Origin: Mobula hypostoma
Lineage: Eukaryota
Direction: 5' to 3'
DNA length: 64,000 nt
Assembly: GCF_963921235.1 (NCBI RefSeq)
Contig: NC_086108.1
Span: forward strand, 102,922,001 to 102,986,000
Shown in pieces: positions 1 to 13,905 of this stretch. The notes beneath the pieces were generated by a model. That model saw nothing but the letters and a program-made list of their open reading frames with translations, was not told the DNA's origin and did no database searches. How positions within the stretch are numbered: position 1 is the stretch's first letter; every line of letters starts with the position of its first letter. The position numbers were made by a program, and so were the translations under genes.

Positions 1-1228
1 TCACTCCCAGCAGGGCAGCCCGTTGAGCTCTGTTCCACATCCACCCCCAAATCACAAACTGCAGACTGGGTGGGGCTGTCTGCAGCAAGGCCAATCTGTA
101 AGTATGCAGCAGGAGGCTGGCTCTGTTTGCCTTCCACTGACCCATACGTGTTATAATAAGAGCCTCAGAATCATAATAGAAAAGTACAGCACAGAAACAG
201 GCCTTTTGGCTCATCTAGTCTGAGCTAAACCATTTAAACTGCCTAGTTTTATTTTTCATATACTGTACTCCTGTAAATATATATTTTATATATATTTATA
301 TATAAATATATATATTTAAATTATATTTAACATTCAGTAATGCCTACAACCTATTAAAAGATAAATATTGACTTTACATTCGGATAATTAGTACAGTTCA
401 CCAGAAAAACCTTTAGCAACCAACAGAGACTTTGGAGGGTGGGAGCTACAGAGGTAAATCAAAGTCACTAGTGGGCCATGAAGAGAAAAAAGATTGAGAA
501 CCACTGGGCTGTTGGACAGCAGACAATGGAGGGCTATGGACATCGTGTAGGCAATAGGGATTAGTTCTGTTAGGCATTTAATTCCCAGTCTAATTAGTTC
601 TGCACAACTTCATGTGCAATAGGTTCCATTCCTGTTCCGTATTCTATGTTCTATTTTCTCATCTGCCACCCCCCCCCCAGTCTAAAGGCAACTTACAGTA
701 GCCAATCAATTTAGCAGCAGACACATACACACACGCCTACCTTTTGGATATGGGAGGAAATCAGAACACCTTGGGGAGCCCCATGTCGTCACAGGGATAA
801 CATGCAAACTCCACACAGAGAGCATCGGAGATAACCGTATTACTGGCTGTGTCGCTGTGCTGATGTGGTAATATAACACTATATGAAGAGACTGAGGAAG
901 GCAAGAAAGATGGTGGAACTCAGTCACAAGTCCGCTGGAGGCCGAAGAAGACGGCCTGTGCTGGGGTTAGAGGGCTGTGTATGTGATTGAGTGGGTGGAG
1001 GGGTTGGTTTTGCTGCTGTTGTTTTGTCACTTGGTATGTTCTATTTTGTGCCCTGAGCTGCCCTGCCAAGCATGGAGAGCATGCTATGTTAGTTCTGGGA
1101 AGTGTGGTAACACCCGCGGGTTGCCCCTTAGGTGTGATGTTTGTTTACGCAAACAACGCATTTGACAGTATGTTTTGATAAATAAATCTGAATCTGGATC
1201 TGTAATGGCATTCCTAAGAGTGGGCTGT

Positions 1229-1530
1229 ATTTATTTATTTGCTTATTTGGAGATACCGCGTGGAATAGGCCCTTCTAGCCATTCGAGACACACCACCTGG
1301 CAACCCCGATCTACTGCTAGCCTCACCATGTGACAAGCCACACTGACCAATTAACCTACTAACTGGTATATCTTTGCACTGTGGGAGGAAACCAGAGCAC
1401 CCGGAGAAAACCCACTCATTCCACAGAGAAGATGTCAACTCCTTACAGAGGACACCAGTTTTGAACTCTGAACCCCAGTGCTGTGATCTGTAACAACATT
1501 GCGCTAACCACTACGTGACCGTGGTGCCCA
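1229..1530 (-). mobile_element. tRNA-derived SINE (V-SINE/HE1-like)
   Basis: Core gtgggaggaaaccagagcacccggagaaaacccac and (AAAT)n tail. Further copies at ~700-880, 2375-2640, 10015-10300, 11815-11930, 48130-48400 and 48400-48565. Confidence 0.75.
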
Positions 1531-4500
1531 ACAGCACCTCTCAATGCACCAGCGATTTCTAAGGCGTTCTACACCTCAGTCATTCTAGCACCCTCTTGAA
1601 CACAAACATCAATGCAATATTAACAAGGTAATCTATTTTATTGACATTGACTGAGAAGCAAGTATTGAACTCCTGATTCTCCCAAATAGTGTCTTGGGAT
1701 TCATTAAAGCCAACTAAAGGAGCAAAATCTCAGTTTAACAAATACCATCAAAGGAACAGCTTCTCCAACAATACCACAAGCCATCTGTCCAGCTTTGAAG
1801 CCTCAGCCTAGATGTTGCACATTAGTCTATGGAGTGACGTTTTGAATTGGCAATGAACTAACCATGAAGAGATGCTAAAGCTGAGGAAATACTTGCTTTC
1901 CTTTATAGCTGTCATCTTCAAGTTGAAGAATAAAGTTCAAGGATAAAATTTATTGTCATGGGCACACATACCCGTGGTATAAATAGTATGAAAATTAGTT
2001 TCTTTGCAGCAGCAGCACCGTACATTATAAACATGATAAACATTGAATACATGAACTTAAATTAACATAAATTATGCATAACTTACTTGGCACAATAATA
2101 ACATAATAACATTAAATTAAATATACTCAAAGACTTGGCCTCCACAGCTGCCTGCGGTAATAAATTCCACAGATTCACCACCCTCTGGCAAAAGAAATCC
2201 CTCCTCATCTCTGTTCTAAATGGACGTCCCTCTATTCCGAACTTGTGCCCTTTGGTCCTAGCTTCCCCCGCTATAGGAAACATCCCCACCCCCACATCCA
2301 ATCTATCCAGACCTCAAATTCTCCTCATACATTAACACTATAATTCCTGCGATCATCCTTGTGATTAAAAATTAAGATTAAAGATTAGCTTTATTTGTCA
2401 CATGTACATTGAAAAATCGAAACATACAGTGAAATGCATTGTTTACATCAACAACAGAGTCCAAGCTTGTGCTGGGGGCAGCCCGCAAGTGTTCCAATGC
2501 TTCTCGCACTAACATAGCAAGCCCACACCTAACCCACACGTTGCTGGGATGTGGAAGGAAACCAGAGCACCTGGAGGAAACCGTTGCGGTCATTGGAAGA
2601 ACATGCAAGCTCCTTACAGATGGGACTTGTATCCTGATTTTCCAATCATTGGCACCAACTGCTATACGTCTGTGCCTTCTTGCACATTATGTGTAAGTTG
2701 AGTGAAATATAATTGAGGTAAAATTAAGGACAGAACATAGAACATAAAACAAAAAATAGAACATGTGGAATGAGCTGCCAGTGTAAGTGGTTTATGCAAA
2801 CTTGATTTCAACGTTTAATAGACGTTTAGATAGATACATGGATGGTAGGGGCATGGAGGGCTATTGTCCCAATGTAGGTTGATGGGAGTAGGCAACTTAA
2901 ATAGCTTAGCATTAACTAGATGGGCTGAAGGGCCTGCTTCTGTGCTGTATTTTTCTATGACTCTATGGCTCCATAAAACATAGAACAGTACAGTACAGTA
3001 CAGCCCCCTTTGCCCATTGTGTTGCCGTGACCAAAGTAAACCTACTCCACAATCAATCTAACCTTTCCCTACTACACAGCCCACAACCTTCCAACTTTCT
3101 TACATCATTGTGCCTAAGAGTCTTTTAAATATCCTTATTTTAACAGAATCAGAATCAGGCTGACAAATGTTGAATTTCTGAAATTTGTTATTTTGTGGCA
3201 GCAGTACACTACGAGACATAAAAAAAATTACTATAAGTTACAATTAAAATAAATAAATAATGCCAAAAGAGAAATGGTGAGGTTATGCTCCTGGGTTCAT
3301 GGACCGGTCACAAATCTGGTTGCAGAGGGGAAGAAGATGAATGTAGGTCTTCAGGGTCCTTTACCTCCTCCCCAATAGTAGTAATGAGAATCAGAATTTA
3401 AAGTTCAAATTTCAAAGTAAATTTATTATTGAACTACATAATATGTCACAATATACAACCCTGAGATTCTTTTTCTTGTGGACGTACTTCATAAATCCAT
3501 AGAATAATAACCATGACAGCATCAATGAAAGACTGTACCAACTTAAGCATTCAGCCAGTGGGCAAAAGACAACAAAATGTGCAAATGCAAAAAGGAAGAA
3601 ATAATAATAAATAAATAAACAATAAATATCGAGAATATGAGATAAAAGTGAGTCTATTGGTTGTGGGAGCATTTCAGTGATGAGGCAAGTGAAGTTAAGT
3701 GAAGTTATCCCCTTTGGTTCAAGAGCCTGATGGTTGAGCGGTAATCTGACATGTCCCAGGTGGTGAGAGTCCTTACTGATGGATGCTGTCTTCTTAAGGC
3801 AAAGCCTTTCGAAGACATCCTCAATGGCTGGGAGCTTGGTGCCAGTGAAAGAGCTGGCAGAATCTCCAGCTGTCTGCAGCCTCTTTCGATCCTGTGCATT
3901 CAAGACTCCACAACACGTAGTGATGCAACCAGTCAGAATGCTTTCCACTGCACGTCTGCAGAAGTATGCTAGAAGACCTATCACCACTCCCAATGGTTCA
4001 CTTCAGGCAACCACAACTCTCTGTGTAAAAGAAAAACCACTCCTGATCTCTCCCCTACTCCACTTAAACAGATGTCCTCTGGTATTGCCCATTGCTGCCT
4101 TGGGAAACAGGTGCTGGCTGTCCACTTTATGTTTCTTGTCATCTTTTATATTTCTGTCAAGTCTCTTCTCATCTTCCTTCGCTCCAAAGCTTGTTCAACC
4201 TTTGCTCATGAGACATACTCTCTAATCCAGGCAGCATCCTCGTAAATCTCCTCTGCACCCTCTCTAACCAGAGATTGACAGAGATGCTCATTACCTCACA
4301 ACCCTTACACTCAATCCCCCAACTAACACTGAGCAAAGGTATGCCTTCTTGACTATCCTATCAACTTCATGGCAACTTTGAGGGTCTATGGAACATGGAC
4401 CCCAGCTTGAGTTTGGACTCATCATGGCAGTAGAGGAGGCTATAGATAGACATGTCAAATTGTGAATGCGAAGTCGAATTCCTATAACAGTGTCACAGGC

Positions 4501-4678
4501 TGAAACGTCATCTGTTTATTCCCCTCCATAGATACTGCTGGCCTGCTCAGTACCCTCAGCACCCTCAGCATTTTGTGTGTGTTACTCTGGATTCCAGTAT
4601 CTGCAGAATCTCTTGTGTTATTGACCTGAAATGTTAGCCCTGCTTTTCTTACTATAGATGGTTCCTGACCTTTAGGGA

Positions 4679-5219
4679 TGTACCTAATAAAGTGGCCTCT
4701 GAGTGTATGTTTGGAGTCTTCTGCTGCTGTAGCCCAACCACTTAGAGGCTTGATGTGTTGTGCATTCAGAGATGCTCTTCTGCACACCACTGTTGTAATG
4801 TGTGGTCATTTGAGTTACTGGTGCCCTCCTGTCAGCTTGAACCAGTTTGGCCATTTTCCTCTAAGCTCTCTTGTTACACGGCATTTTCATTGACAGTACT
4901 GCTGCTCACTGGAGTTTTTTTGTTTTTCGCACCATTCTCTGTAAACTCTAGAGACCATTGTGCATGAAAATCCCAGGAGACCAGCAATTTCTGAGATACT
5001 CAAACCACCCTGTCTGGCACAAACAATCATTCCACAGTCAATGTCATTCAAATTATGTTTCTTCTCCATTCTGATGTTTGTTCTGAACAACAACTGAACC
5101 TCTTGATAATGTCTGCATACTTTTGATGCATTAAGTTGCTGCCATATGATTGGCTGACTAAATATTTGCATTAACGAGCAGGTGTACAGGTGTACCTAAT
5201 AAAGTGGCCACTGAGGGTA
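4679..5219 (-). mobile_element. Tc1-derived non-autonomous element with transposase HTH fragment
   Basis: ORF 4887-5171 contains GMIVCARQGGLSISEIAGLLGFSCTMVSRVYREWCEK (Tc1 N-terminal HTH). Terminal motif tgtacctaataaagtggcc(a/t)ctgag(t/g)gTA occurs at 4679-4708 and 5191-5219. Confidence 0.8.
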
Positions 5220-5734
5220 TATTGCATTGTACAAAAGCAAGGAAGTTTTGCCAAACAATGGATAAGCTTTCAAGGTCTTCGAGAAGTTGGAGAGGAGATT
5301 TACTACAATAACACCTGACAAGAGAAACTGTGAAGAGCCTGGGCCAATAGTCATCTCGCAGTTCAGTTAAAAGGAGACTTGGCAGAGGTATTGAAGATAG
5401 TGAATAGCTTTGCTGAAATAAATAAGGAGAAACCATTACTAGTAGCTAAATGTTTAGATGCACACTTGAGCTGGTTGATATGGAGACCAGAGTGATACGA
5501 AGACACTTGGGGGACACAAGAGGATGCAGATCCTGAAAATCTGAAACGCCACACAAAGAGCTGGAGGAACCCAATGGATCAGGCAGCATCTGAGGAGGGA
5601 AATGGAGAGTCAATGGTTCTTGAGGAGAACTTTTACCAGGGCTGGAAAGAAACAGTATGAATAGGTGGAAGAAGGGATGGAGCAAGAGATGGTGGTTGAT
5701 AGGTGGATCCAGTAGGGGGGGGAATATTAGATCA

Positions 5735-5760
5735 GTGTGTGTGTGTGTGTGTGTGTGTGT
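5735..5760. repeat. (GT)n microsatellite
   Basis: Direct. Confidence 0.95.
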
Positions 5761-6061
5761 ATACGCATGCATAAGTGTGTGTTCGTGCTGTGCATATGCA
5801 AGCGTGTGCTTGCATATGTGTGTGTGGTGCGTGTGCACGAGTGATTGTGAGAGGACAAAAGAAAGAGGAAGGGGGAGACAGTAAGAGAGACGTGTGTGCA
5901 TACGGTAAAACAACTAAACTGAAAGACTAGAGGGACCAAAACGAGGGAACACACAAGCCGAGGTAAGTTGAGAAGAATATGATGAAACACAGCTCAAAAA
6001 CGTGTACCACAGACTGTACAGTGTTTGTGGTTTTATATAATAGAAAGAAGGCAGACAATAA

Positions 6062-6396
6062 CTGATTCCATTTATGATCAGAGGTTGTCTACAATATACA
6101 GCCTGAAATTCTTACTCTTCGCAGACATCCATGAAAAAAACAGAAGAACCCCACAAGAATGAATGACAGAAAAACATTAGAACCCCCAAGCCCCCTCTCC
6201 CTCCTCCCCCAACAAGCAGCCGCAAATCATCAACCTCCTCCCTCCCCCCCCCATTTCAGCAGAGAGCATCGGTGCCCACAACCCAATAAGCAACAACAAA
6301 ACACCCAAAGAGAGACCATGATTTGCAGTCAACAGAAACTACTGTTTAACTGACAGTTCAACATGCCACAGGCGTGTGCTCTCTGTCTTTCTCCCT

Positions 6397-6427
<31 letters not shown>

Positions 6428-7016
6428 CCTCTCTCTCTCTCTCTCTCCCTCTCTTTTTCTCTCACACACTAACAAAGGACAGAGAGGTATCTCCCATTTC
6501 ACAGCAAAAGGGAAGACCAACAAACAGTCGTTGTTGTGATGTTAGTCTGCCATGTCGTGTTTTATTCTGAAATTCTCTGACTCGAGAATCAGCAGCAAAT
6601 TCTCCCCACCAATGACAGAGCAAGAGAGGGAGAGCGAGAGAGAGAGTGATCGCTCAACTGCAGAGAGCTCAGTCCACAGCATCTGTCGCCACAAAATCCT
6701 GATGTTCCTTCTCCTGCAACACCTCATCGGCGACACCGGCCTGGAGTCAGTTGTCCACAGGGCCACGCAGGATCGCACCTCAGCGTCTTCCAACACGTGC
6801 CTGGAGAATGTCGGAAAATAGCCGGTTGGTCAGTGAACTCCAAGATCGAGAACTCATAGCCGAAAAAGAATGCGGTTTGAGTGCTGTTGCAGATCAGGGA
6901 CCTTGGACGAAGCCCAGCCATCTTGAAAAGGGAAAAGGAGACATTACAGAAAAGGATTCAAGCTTTTTCTACAGGTGAGCTTGAAGAGGCAGCCACTTGG
7001 CACCATCTTAACTCCG
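6062..7016 (-). mobile_element. Non-autonomous LINE-derived (SINE-like) element
   Basis: The minus-strand 5' end is …gttaagatggtgcc. The 3' end resembles the shared Rex1-like tail (…ttcaggctgtatattg…ataaatggaatc). It contains a CT microsatellite. Family not identified. Confidence 0.5.
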
Positions 7017-7257
7017 TGAAGCTAATCTCACCATGCACTGTGAATGGATTTATACAATCCCACAACACATACACAGCCTAATTACTGACTAACGTCACTG
7101 CTTTGAGAGGAGTTGGTCTGTGTCTTTATTTAGATTGTCTTCTGTGAGTTAGACATTCATCACTGACGTTATCAGCATCTCAATAGCATTCCTATTGAGA
7201 TGCTGATGACATCAATGATGACATCAGCTCTCATTTCTGATGTAGATCATGGGTTTT

Positions 7258-8915
7258 TCAAGTCAAGTCAAGTTTATTGTCATTTCGACCATAAACTGCT
7301 GGTACAGTACACAGTAAAAATGAAACAACGTTCCTCCAGGTCCCTGGTGCTACATGAAACAACACAAAACTGCACGAGACTACGTGAGACAGCACAAGGC
7401 TACACTAGACTATGTAAAACAACAAAAAAACTACACTAGACTACAGACCTGCACAGGACTACATAAAGTGCACAAAACAGTGCAGGGCAGTACAATAATT
7501 AATAAACTAGACAATAGGCACAGTAGAGGACAAATTACAATATAATAATAAATGATGTAGATGTCAGTCCAGACTCTGATGGCTTGGAAGAAGAAACTGT
7601 TACATAGTCTGGTCGTGAGAGCCCGAATGCTTCGGTACCTTTTGCCAGATGGCAGGAGGGAGAAGAGTTTGTATGAGGGATGTGTGGGGTCCTTCACAAT
7701 ATTGTTAGCTTTGCAGGTGCAGTGTGTGGTGTAAATGTCTGTAATAGTGGGAAGAGTGACCCCGATGATCTTCTCAGCTGACCTCACTATCTGCTGCAGG
7801 GTGTCGCAATCCAAGACGGTGCAATTCCCGAACCAGGCAGTGATATCAGCTGCTCAGGATGCTCTCAATACAACCTCTGTAGAATGTGGTGAGGATGGGG
7901 GGTGGGAGATGTACTTTTCTCAGCCTTCACAGAAATTAGAGACGCTGCTGGGCTTTCTTTGCTATGGAGCTGGTGTTGAGGGACCAGGTGAGATTCTCCG
8001 CCAGGTGAACACCAAGAAATTTGGTGCTCTTAACGATCTCAACAGAGGAGCTGTCAATGTTCAGCGGAGAGTGGTCGCTCCGTGTCCTCCTGAAGTCAAC
8101 AACCATCTCTTTTGTTTTGTTCACATTCAGAGACAGGTTGTTGGCTCTGCACCAGTCTGTTAGCCGCTGCACCTCCTCTCTGTATGCTGAGTCATCATTC
8201 TTGCTGATGAGACCTACCACAGTCGTGTCATCGGCGAACTTGATGATGTGGTTCGAGCTGTGTGTTGCAGCACAGTCGTGGGTCAGCAGAGTGAACAGCA
8301 GTGGACTGAGCACACAGCCCTGGTGTTGGAGATGTTGCTTCCGATCCGGACTGATCGAGGTCTCCCAGTCAGGAAGTCTAGGATCCAGTTGCAGAGGGAG
8401 GAGTTCAGGCCCAGCAGTTTCAGCTTTCCAACCAGGTGCTGAGCAATGATTGTGTTGAATGCTGAACTGAAGTCGATGAACAGCATTCGAATGTACGTGT
8501 CATTTTTGTCCAGGTGGGTTAGGACCAGGTGGAGGGTGGTGGCAATGGCGTCGTCTGTTGAATGGTTGGGACGATACGCGAACTGCAGGGGGTCCAGTGA
8601 GGGGGGCAGCAGGGTCTTGATGTGCCTCATGACAAGCCTCTCGAAACACTTCATGATGATGGATGTGAGTGCAATGGGACAGTAGTCGTTGAGGCAAGAC
8701 ACTGAAGACTTCTTCGGCACGGGGATAATGGTGGCGGCCTTGAAGCACATTGGAAAGATGGCGCTGCTCAGGGAGATGTTGAAGATGTCAGTGAGAACAT
8801 CTGCCAGCTGGTCTGCACATCCCCTGAGCACTCTGCCAGGAATATTGTCTGGTCCAGCAGCCTTCCGTGGGTTGACCCTGCATAGAGTTTTCCTCACATG
8901 GGCCACGGTAAGACA
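7258..8915 (-). mobile_element. Rex1/Babar-clade LINE, 5'-truncated RT remnant
   Basis: ORFs 8283-8945, 7936-8313 and 7431-7814 give [66 protein letters not shown]. The 3' end carries a (GACTT)n tail at ~7258-7273. Confidence 0.9.
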
Positions 8916-9001
8916 CGGTAAATCCCACCCCAAAGAATTGCACACACAACCTCAGCTGAGGGTACAGTTCTGAGTTGTACTGTCTCAGATGTTATGTTAA
9001 A

Positions 9002-9074
9002 CCAGGAATTCCCAGACTGAGGTCCATGGACCCCTTGCATTAGTCCATGGCATAAAAAAGGTTGGGGACTCTTG
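9002..9074. mobile_element. Tiny hAT-type MITE remnant
   Basis: Imperfect TIRs caggaattcccagact…aggttggggactcttg. Confidence 0.5.
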
Positions 9075-9147
9075 TACTAAACTTAGATCCTGCCTTCTAT
9101 GTCACACAGATGCAAGAGACCCAAGAGCATTTTCTTCATTATTTAAG

Positions 9148-9635
9148 ACACAGGAGGCATTGGAGAGGGTCCAGAGGAGGTTCACAAGAATAATCCTAGG
9201 AATGAAAGAATTAACATATGAGGAGTGTTTGATAGCTCTGGGCTTGCATTTACTGGAGTTTAGAAGAATGAGGAGAGAATCTCATTGCAGCCTATCGAAT
9301 ATTGAAAGGTCTGGATAAAGTGAATGTGCAGAAGATGTTTCCTATGGTAGGGGAGCCTAGGACCAGAGGGCACCGCCTCAGAACTGAGGGACATCTATTT
9401 AGGACAGAGATGGGGAAAACATTCTTTAGCCAGATGGTGGTGAATCTGCAGAATTCATTGGCTTTATATGAGGTGGAGGTTGATAGGTTTTTGATTAATC
9501 AGGGTGTGAAAGGTTACAGGAAGGCAGAAGAACGGGGTTGAGAGAGATAATAAATCAGCCATGATGGGATGGCAGAGTAGACAAAGGGCTGAAGGGCCTA
9601 ATTCTCCTCCTATGTCTTATGGTCTAATGGTCTTA
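9148..9635 (+). mobile_element. CR1 3' fragment
   Basis: ERVQRRFT…TRGH.L…FFSQ.VVNL motifs, with tail cttatggtctaatggtctta. Confidence 0.85.
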
Positions 9636-10739
9636 TTTCAGCACAGCACAAGCCCTTCAGTCAGTAATATTGTGGCAACCTTTTCACCCTCTCTAACTCT
9701 TCCCTCCTACAAAGCCTCCATTTTTCTATCATCCTTGTGCCTACCTAAGGGTCCCTTCCATGACCATTCACCTTGTCTATGCTTGTGTGTGGGCTGCTGG
9801 TAGGAAGTAGAGAGGAAGCAGGTCATCAAGGTAGCTGTGGGAGTGTCAGAGAGTCATCGATCATTACAGCACAGGCACAGGCCTTTTGGCTCAACTAGTC
9901 CATGACAAACTATTATTGTGCCTAGTCCCATTGACTCACAGGTTCCTTACACCAACCATCCTCTATGAAAAGAGAAAGCACCCCCATTTCCTCATCACCT
10001 TACTTTACTTTCATTTGTTTTTATTTCATTTAGAGATACAGCTCATAACAGGCTGTTCCAGATGAGCAACCCACCAATTTAACCCTAGCCTGATCACCGG
10101 ACAATTTTACAATGACCAATTAACCTACTAACCAGTACATTTTGGAACGTGGGAGAAAACCAGAGCATTCAGAGGAAACCAACACATTCATGGGGAGGAA
10201 CATATACTGTAAACTCCTTACAGTTGACATTGGAATTAATCTCTGGACTCCAACGCTCTTAGCTGTAATAACATTGCACTAATCACTACACTGCTATGAT
10301 TCCTATTATGCCCCCTTGTATTAGTAAGTTTAGCCCTGGGAAGAAAGGCATTGACTCTGTCAAAGCCTCTTATCATCTTGTGCACCTCCATTATTCTTCT
10401 TCACCTCTCATTCACCTTCACTCGTAGGAGAAAAGCCCTGACTCGCTCAACCTATCCTCATAAGACAGGCCTTCTAGTCCAGGCAGCTTTTATAATTCAT
10501 TATTGGGTTCCGGACATCGCTGTCAAAGCTGACATTTAAAACCTGTACCTAATTGTCTTTGACAAGATGGTGAATTGCCTTCCTGAACAGTTTCAGTTCT
10601 CCTTTGAAGGTACTCTGACAGCACTGCTCTCTCAGACAATACTGATAAGGGAGATATAGAATGGAAGCAACCCTTTCGACCTTTCGAGTCTGCACTGACC
10701 ATCAAGAAACTGTATTACACAAATCCTAACTCAACCCAC

Positions 10740-11700
10740 ATTATTCACCCTTTAGACCGTGAATTACGCAGCCCCTAGCTCTGGCTCCATCCCAGACTTT
10801 GGTGAAGACCTTCCTCACTGCCACTGGGTCCCTGGGCTCCCCTTCCCCCATCACCACTCTGCAACCACACCCCTGTCATCTCTTGGGTCCTCAGAGCCTC
10901 TATCTTCCTCCAACCCTACCTTCCCTGAGCACCCCAACCCTCCTCCCTCCTCTGAATCTATCAATAATCCCTGCCTTGTCCAACTTTCCCCTCTCTAAGT
11001 TGGGATGTTCTGCCCTCAGCGAGAGCCTTATCTTTGCCCCCTTCACCTGCACCTCAGTGATTTCTGTGCCCGCCGCGACACCGAGTTCTTCTGCTGTCAC
11101 CTCCGTCTCTGAGCCCATTTCTTTGACAAGAATTCCCTATCCCATACCAATGATCCCTTCTCCCGTCTCCAGCCCTCCTCTTCCTCTTGGACACCCTGCT
11201 CTGCTTCCCTGCTTGCTCTGGATCTTTTCATCCCTAGTTGCAACAGATATCAACCAGCTCAACTTCAGCATTCCTCTCTCCCCCTTAAACCTTACCCCCT
11301 CAGACTGCACTGCCCTCCTCTCTCTCCACGCCGGTTCCCACCTTAACATCAAACCCGCATTCAAAGGAGGTGCTGCTGCCGTCTGGCGGACTGAACTCTA
11401 CCGTGCCGAGGGTAGACAGTACCTCCTCTTCATAAGGACCCCCACTCTGGACCATCAGAAAACTGCCTCCAACACCATCAATCATCTTATCAACTCTGGA
11501 GAATTCTCACCCACTGCCACCAAACTACTAGTTCTCTTAGCCGGCACTGCTCATTTCTACCCCCTACCCAAGATCCACAAACCTGAGTATCTGGGTAAGC
11601 CCATGTCTCTGCCTGCTCCTACCCACTGAACTGTTGTCGGCAAACCATTCTATCTCCCCCACTCCCCCCCCATTGATTCAGTCCCTTCCCACCTATTTTA
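10740..11700 (+). mobile_element. Penelope-like element, decayed N-terminal RT region
   Basis: ORF 10799-11629 contains IKPAFKGGAAAVW (cf. IKPADKGGAVVVW) and TAHFYPLPKIHKP…GKP (cf. FY.LPKIHK…GRP), which are typical of Penelope-like RTs. The strand is C/T-rich. Confidence 0.75.
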
Positions 11701-13817
11701 TTGTATATCTTTATTTCCCTGTAAATGCCTGCAAGAAAATAAATCTGAAGGTGGTATATGGTAACAGATAGGCACCTTGAAAACAAATTTGACTTGACTT
11801 TTGACTTTTTGAGATGCGGGAGAAAGTGGGAACAGCCACAGGAAACCCACACAGTCACAGGAAGAACGTGCAAACTCCACGCAGACAGCGCCAAGACAGG
11901 TGAGGCAGCAGCCCTACCGGTTGTGCTGCCCATACTAGTCCCTCAGACCGCAGCACTGGAAACGGGGAAACAGATTGGCTGCTGATTCCTGTCCAGAGAC
12001 CTTGCTGTGCACCGCCGTTTCTCCCCACAGTTCATACCATACTGAGGCTCTCTGTTATGGCACGAAGTGCCCCGTAAACACATATCATAGTTTACTTATT
12101 CCCCAGGAAGCTGTAAGAAAGCAATTGCCCTGAAACTGTTTGGCATTCCCCAGGCTCCATCTGTAACCCCAGCAAGATGCTTCCCCTGAATGAGCACAAC
12201 CTCCATACCTGTACATCAGCCAGTCGCAGACACTGCACGCCAGGGATGACTCGTACAAATGGCAACACCACTCATTGCAAGGAATCCTGTCAAAAAAGAA
12301 TTCCCTTATGGGTTAACTTGCAGGTTGAGTCAGTGGGGAGGAAGCCCAATGTGATGTGAGCATTCATTTCAAGAGGACTAGAATATAAAAGCGAGGATGT
12401 GATGCTGAATCTTTATAAGGCATTGGTCAGACTGCACTTGGAGTATTGTGAGCAGGTTTGGGCCCCATATCTAAGAGAGGATGTGCTGGTATTGGAGAGG
12501 GTCCAGAGAATGATCCTAGAAATGAAAGGGCTTACACATGAGGAGCGTTTGATGGCTCTGGGCCTGTACTGGCTGTGGCGGCGCAGACTCGAAGGGCCAA
12601 GTGACTTAATTCTGATCCTATCTCTTCTGGTCTTATGGTCTAAAAAAGGAGTGGGCAAGTACTTGACTCATTTTACTTCAATGATTTTAATCATTTGTTG
12701 CATTTCATATTTTTAGATTTTCTTAATTGTTCAAATTTGTTTGTGTAGATTGAGATTCACGTTCCAAGATCGAAGCCTGAAGTTCGATCAGGATTCTAGA
12801 AGTCAAGACCCCATGGACAGAGCCCTGAGACTGTGAATCTCTGCACTTCTCTGCCAGGGAGGTTGAAAGCAGAATGTCTGCAAATTCGAGTCTCCTGGAG
12901 TCCGAACTCAGCCTGTCCTGGGATTGGAAGAGTATCCGTGTGTGTGCGGGTGGCTGGGAGGGAGGAAAGGGGCTTGCTTTGCTGTTGCTGGTTGGTCACT
13001 TGTGTTCCGTGTTGTTCTGCTGAGCACTGAGGGCATGCTATATGGGTGCCAGAATGTGTGGTGACACTTGCCGGCTGCTCCCTACACCTTTGGGTGTGTT
13101 GGCTGTAACACATTTCACTGTATGTTTCAATGTACCTGTGATAAATAAATCTGAATGGGAATGTGAGTATGGGGGTGTGCCAGGGACAGCCTGCAAGTGT
13201 CACCATGCCATCTGGCGCCAGAACAACACAGAACACAGCAACAGCAAAAACAAGCCCCCACCCATGCATGTACACAGTCATTTAACCCTAGGCCAGGCCT
13301 CCAGCCTTTCTGATTCCTACCAGTAGCCACACACAGGAATAGACGAGGTGGGTGATCACAGTCTTTTTCCTAGAGAAGGGGCAATCTAAAACCAAAGGGG
13401 AAATCTCTAAGGCAAGAGGGGGAATAATTAAAAGGGTTCTGAGGGGCAACTTTTCCACACACAGATTGGATTTCTGGAACAACCTGCAAGAGGAAGTGGG
13501 AGAGGAAGGTACAATTATGACATTTTCTAGACATTTGGACAGGTAAGGGGATAAGAAGTGCTTGGCAGGATATGAGCCAAATGCAGGAGAATGAGACGAG
13601 CTCGGCTGGGCAAAATAGTGAGCACAGATGAGCTGGGCTGAAGGGCCTGTTTCTGTGCTGTGTAACTGTATGAATATTACACTGACGGAGGAACTACTCA
13701 CAACATTTGAGAACTGAACCAATTAACCACCGTGTAAAATATATTAAAATCATGCCTTCACATGATAAATTCACAGCTTCAGAATGTGATAATTAAATTT
13801 ATTGCAATCTCTGGCTT

Positions 13818-13905
13818 GTCTCTGTGGGTAGTACACATATCTCAAATTTAGGAAGTTAGGATTGAAATCCCACTTCAGAGATTTGAGTAAAAATCAAGGA
13901 TGAGG
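13818..13905 (+). mobile_element. 5' head of a SacSINE1/DeuSINE-like SINE, abutting the array
   Basis: gtgggtagtacac...gaaatcccacttcagagatttgagtaaaaatcaaggatga resembles the recalled head gtgggtagcactct...caagtcccactccagagacttgagcacaaaatctaggctga. Related decayed copies lie at ~1680-1850 (-) and ~43065-43200 (+). Confidence 0.6.

Noticed and set aside
5446..5990. ORFs rich in H/T or C/V
   Set aside because: Translations of (GT)n and degenerate GT/CA microsatellite.
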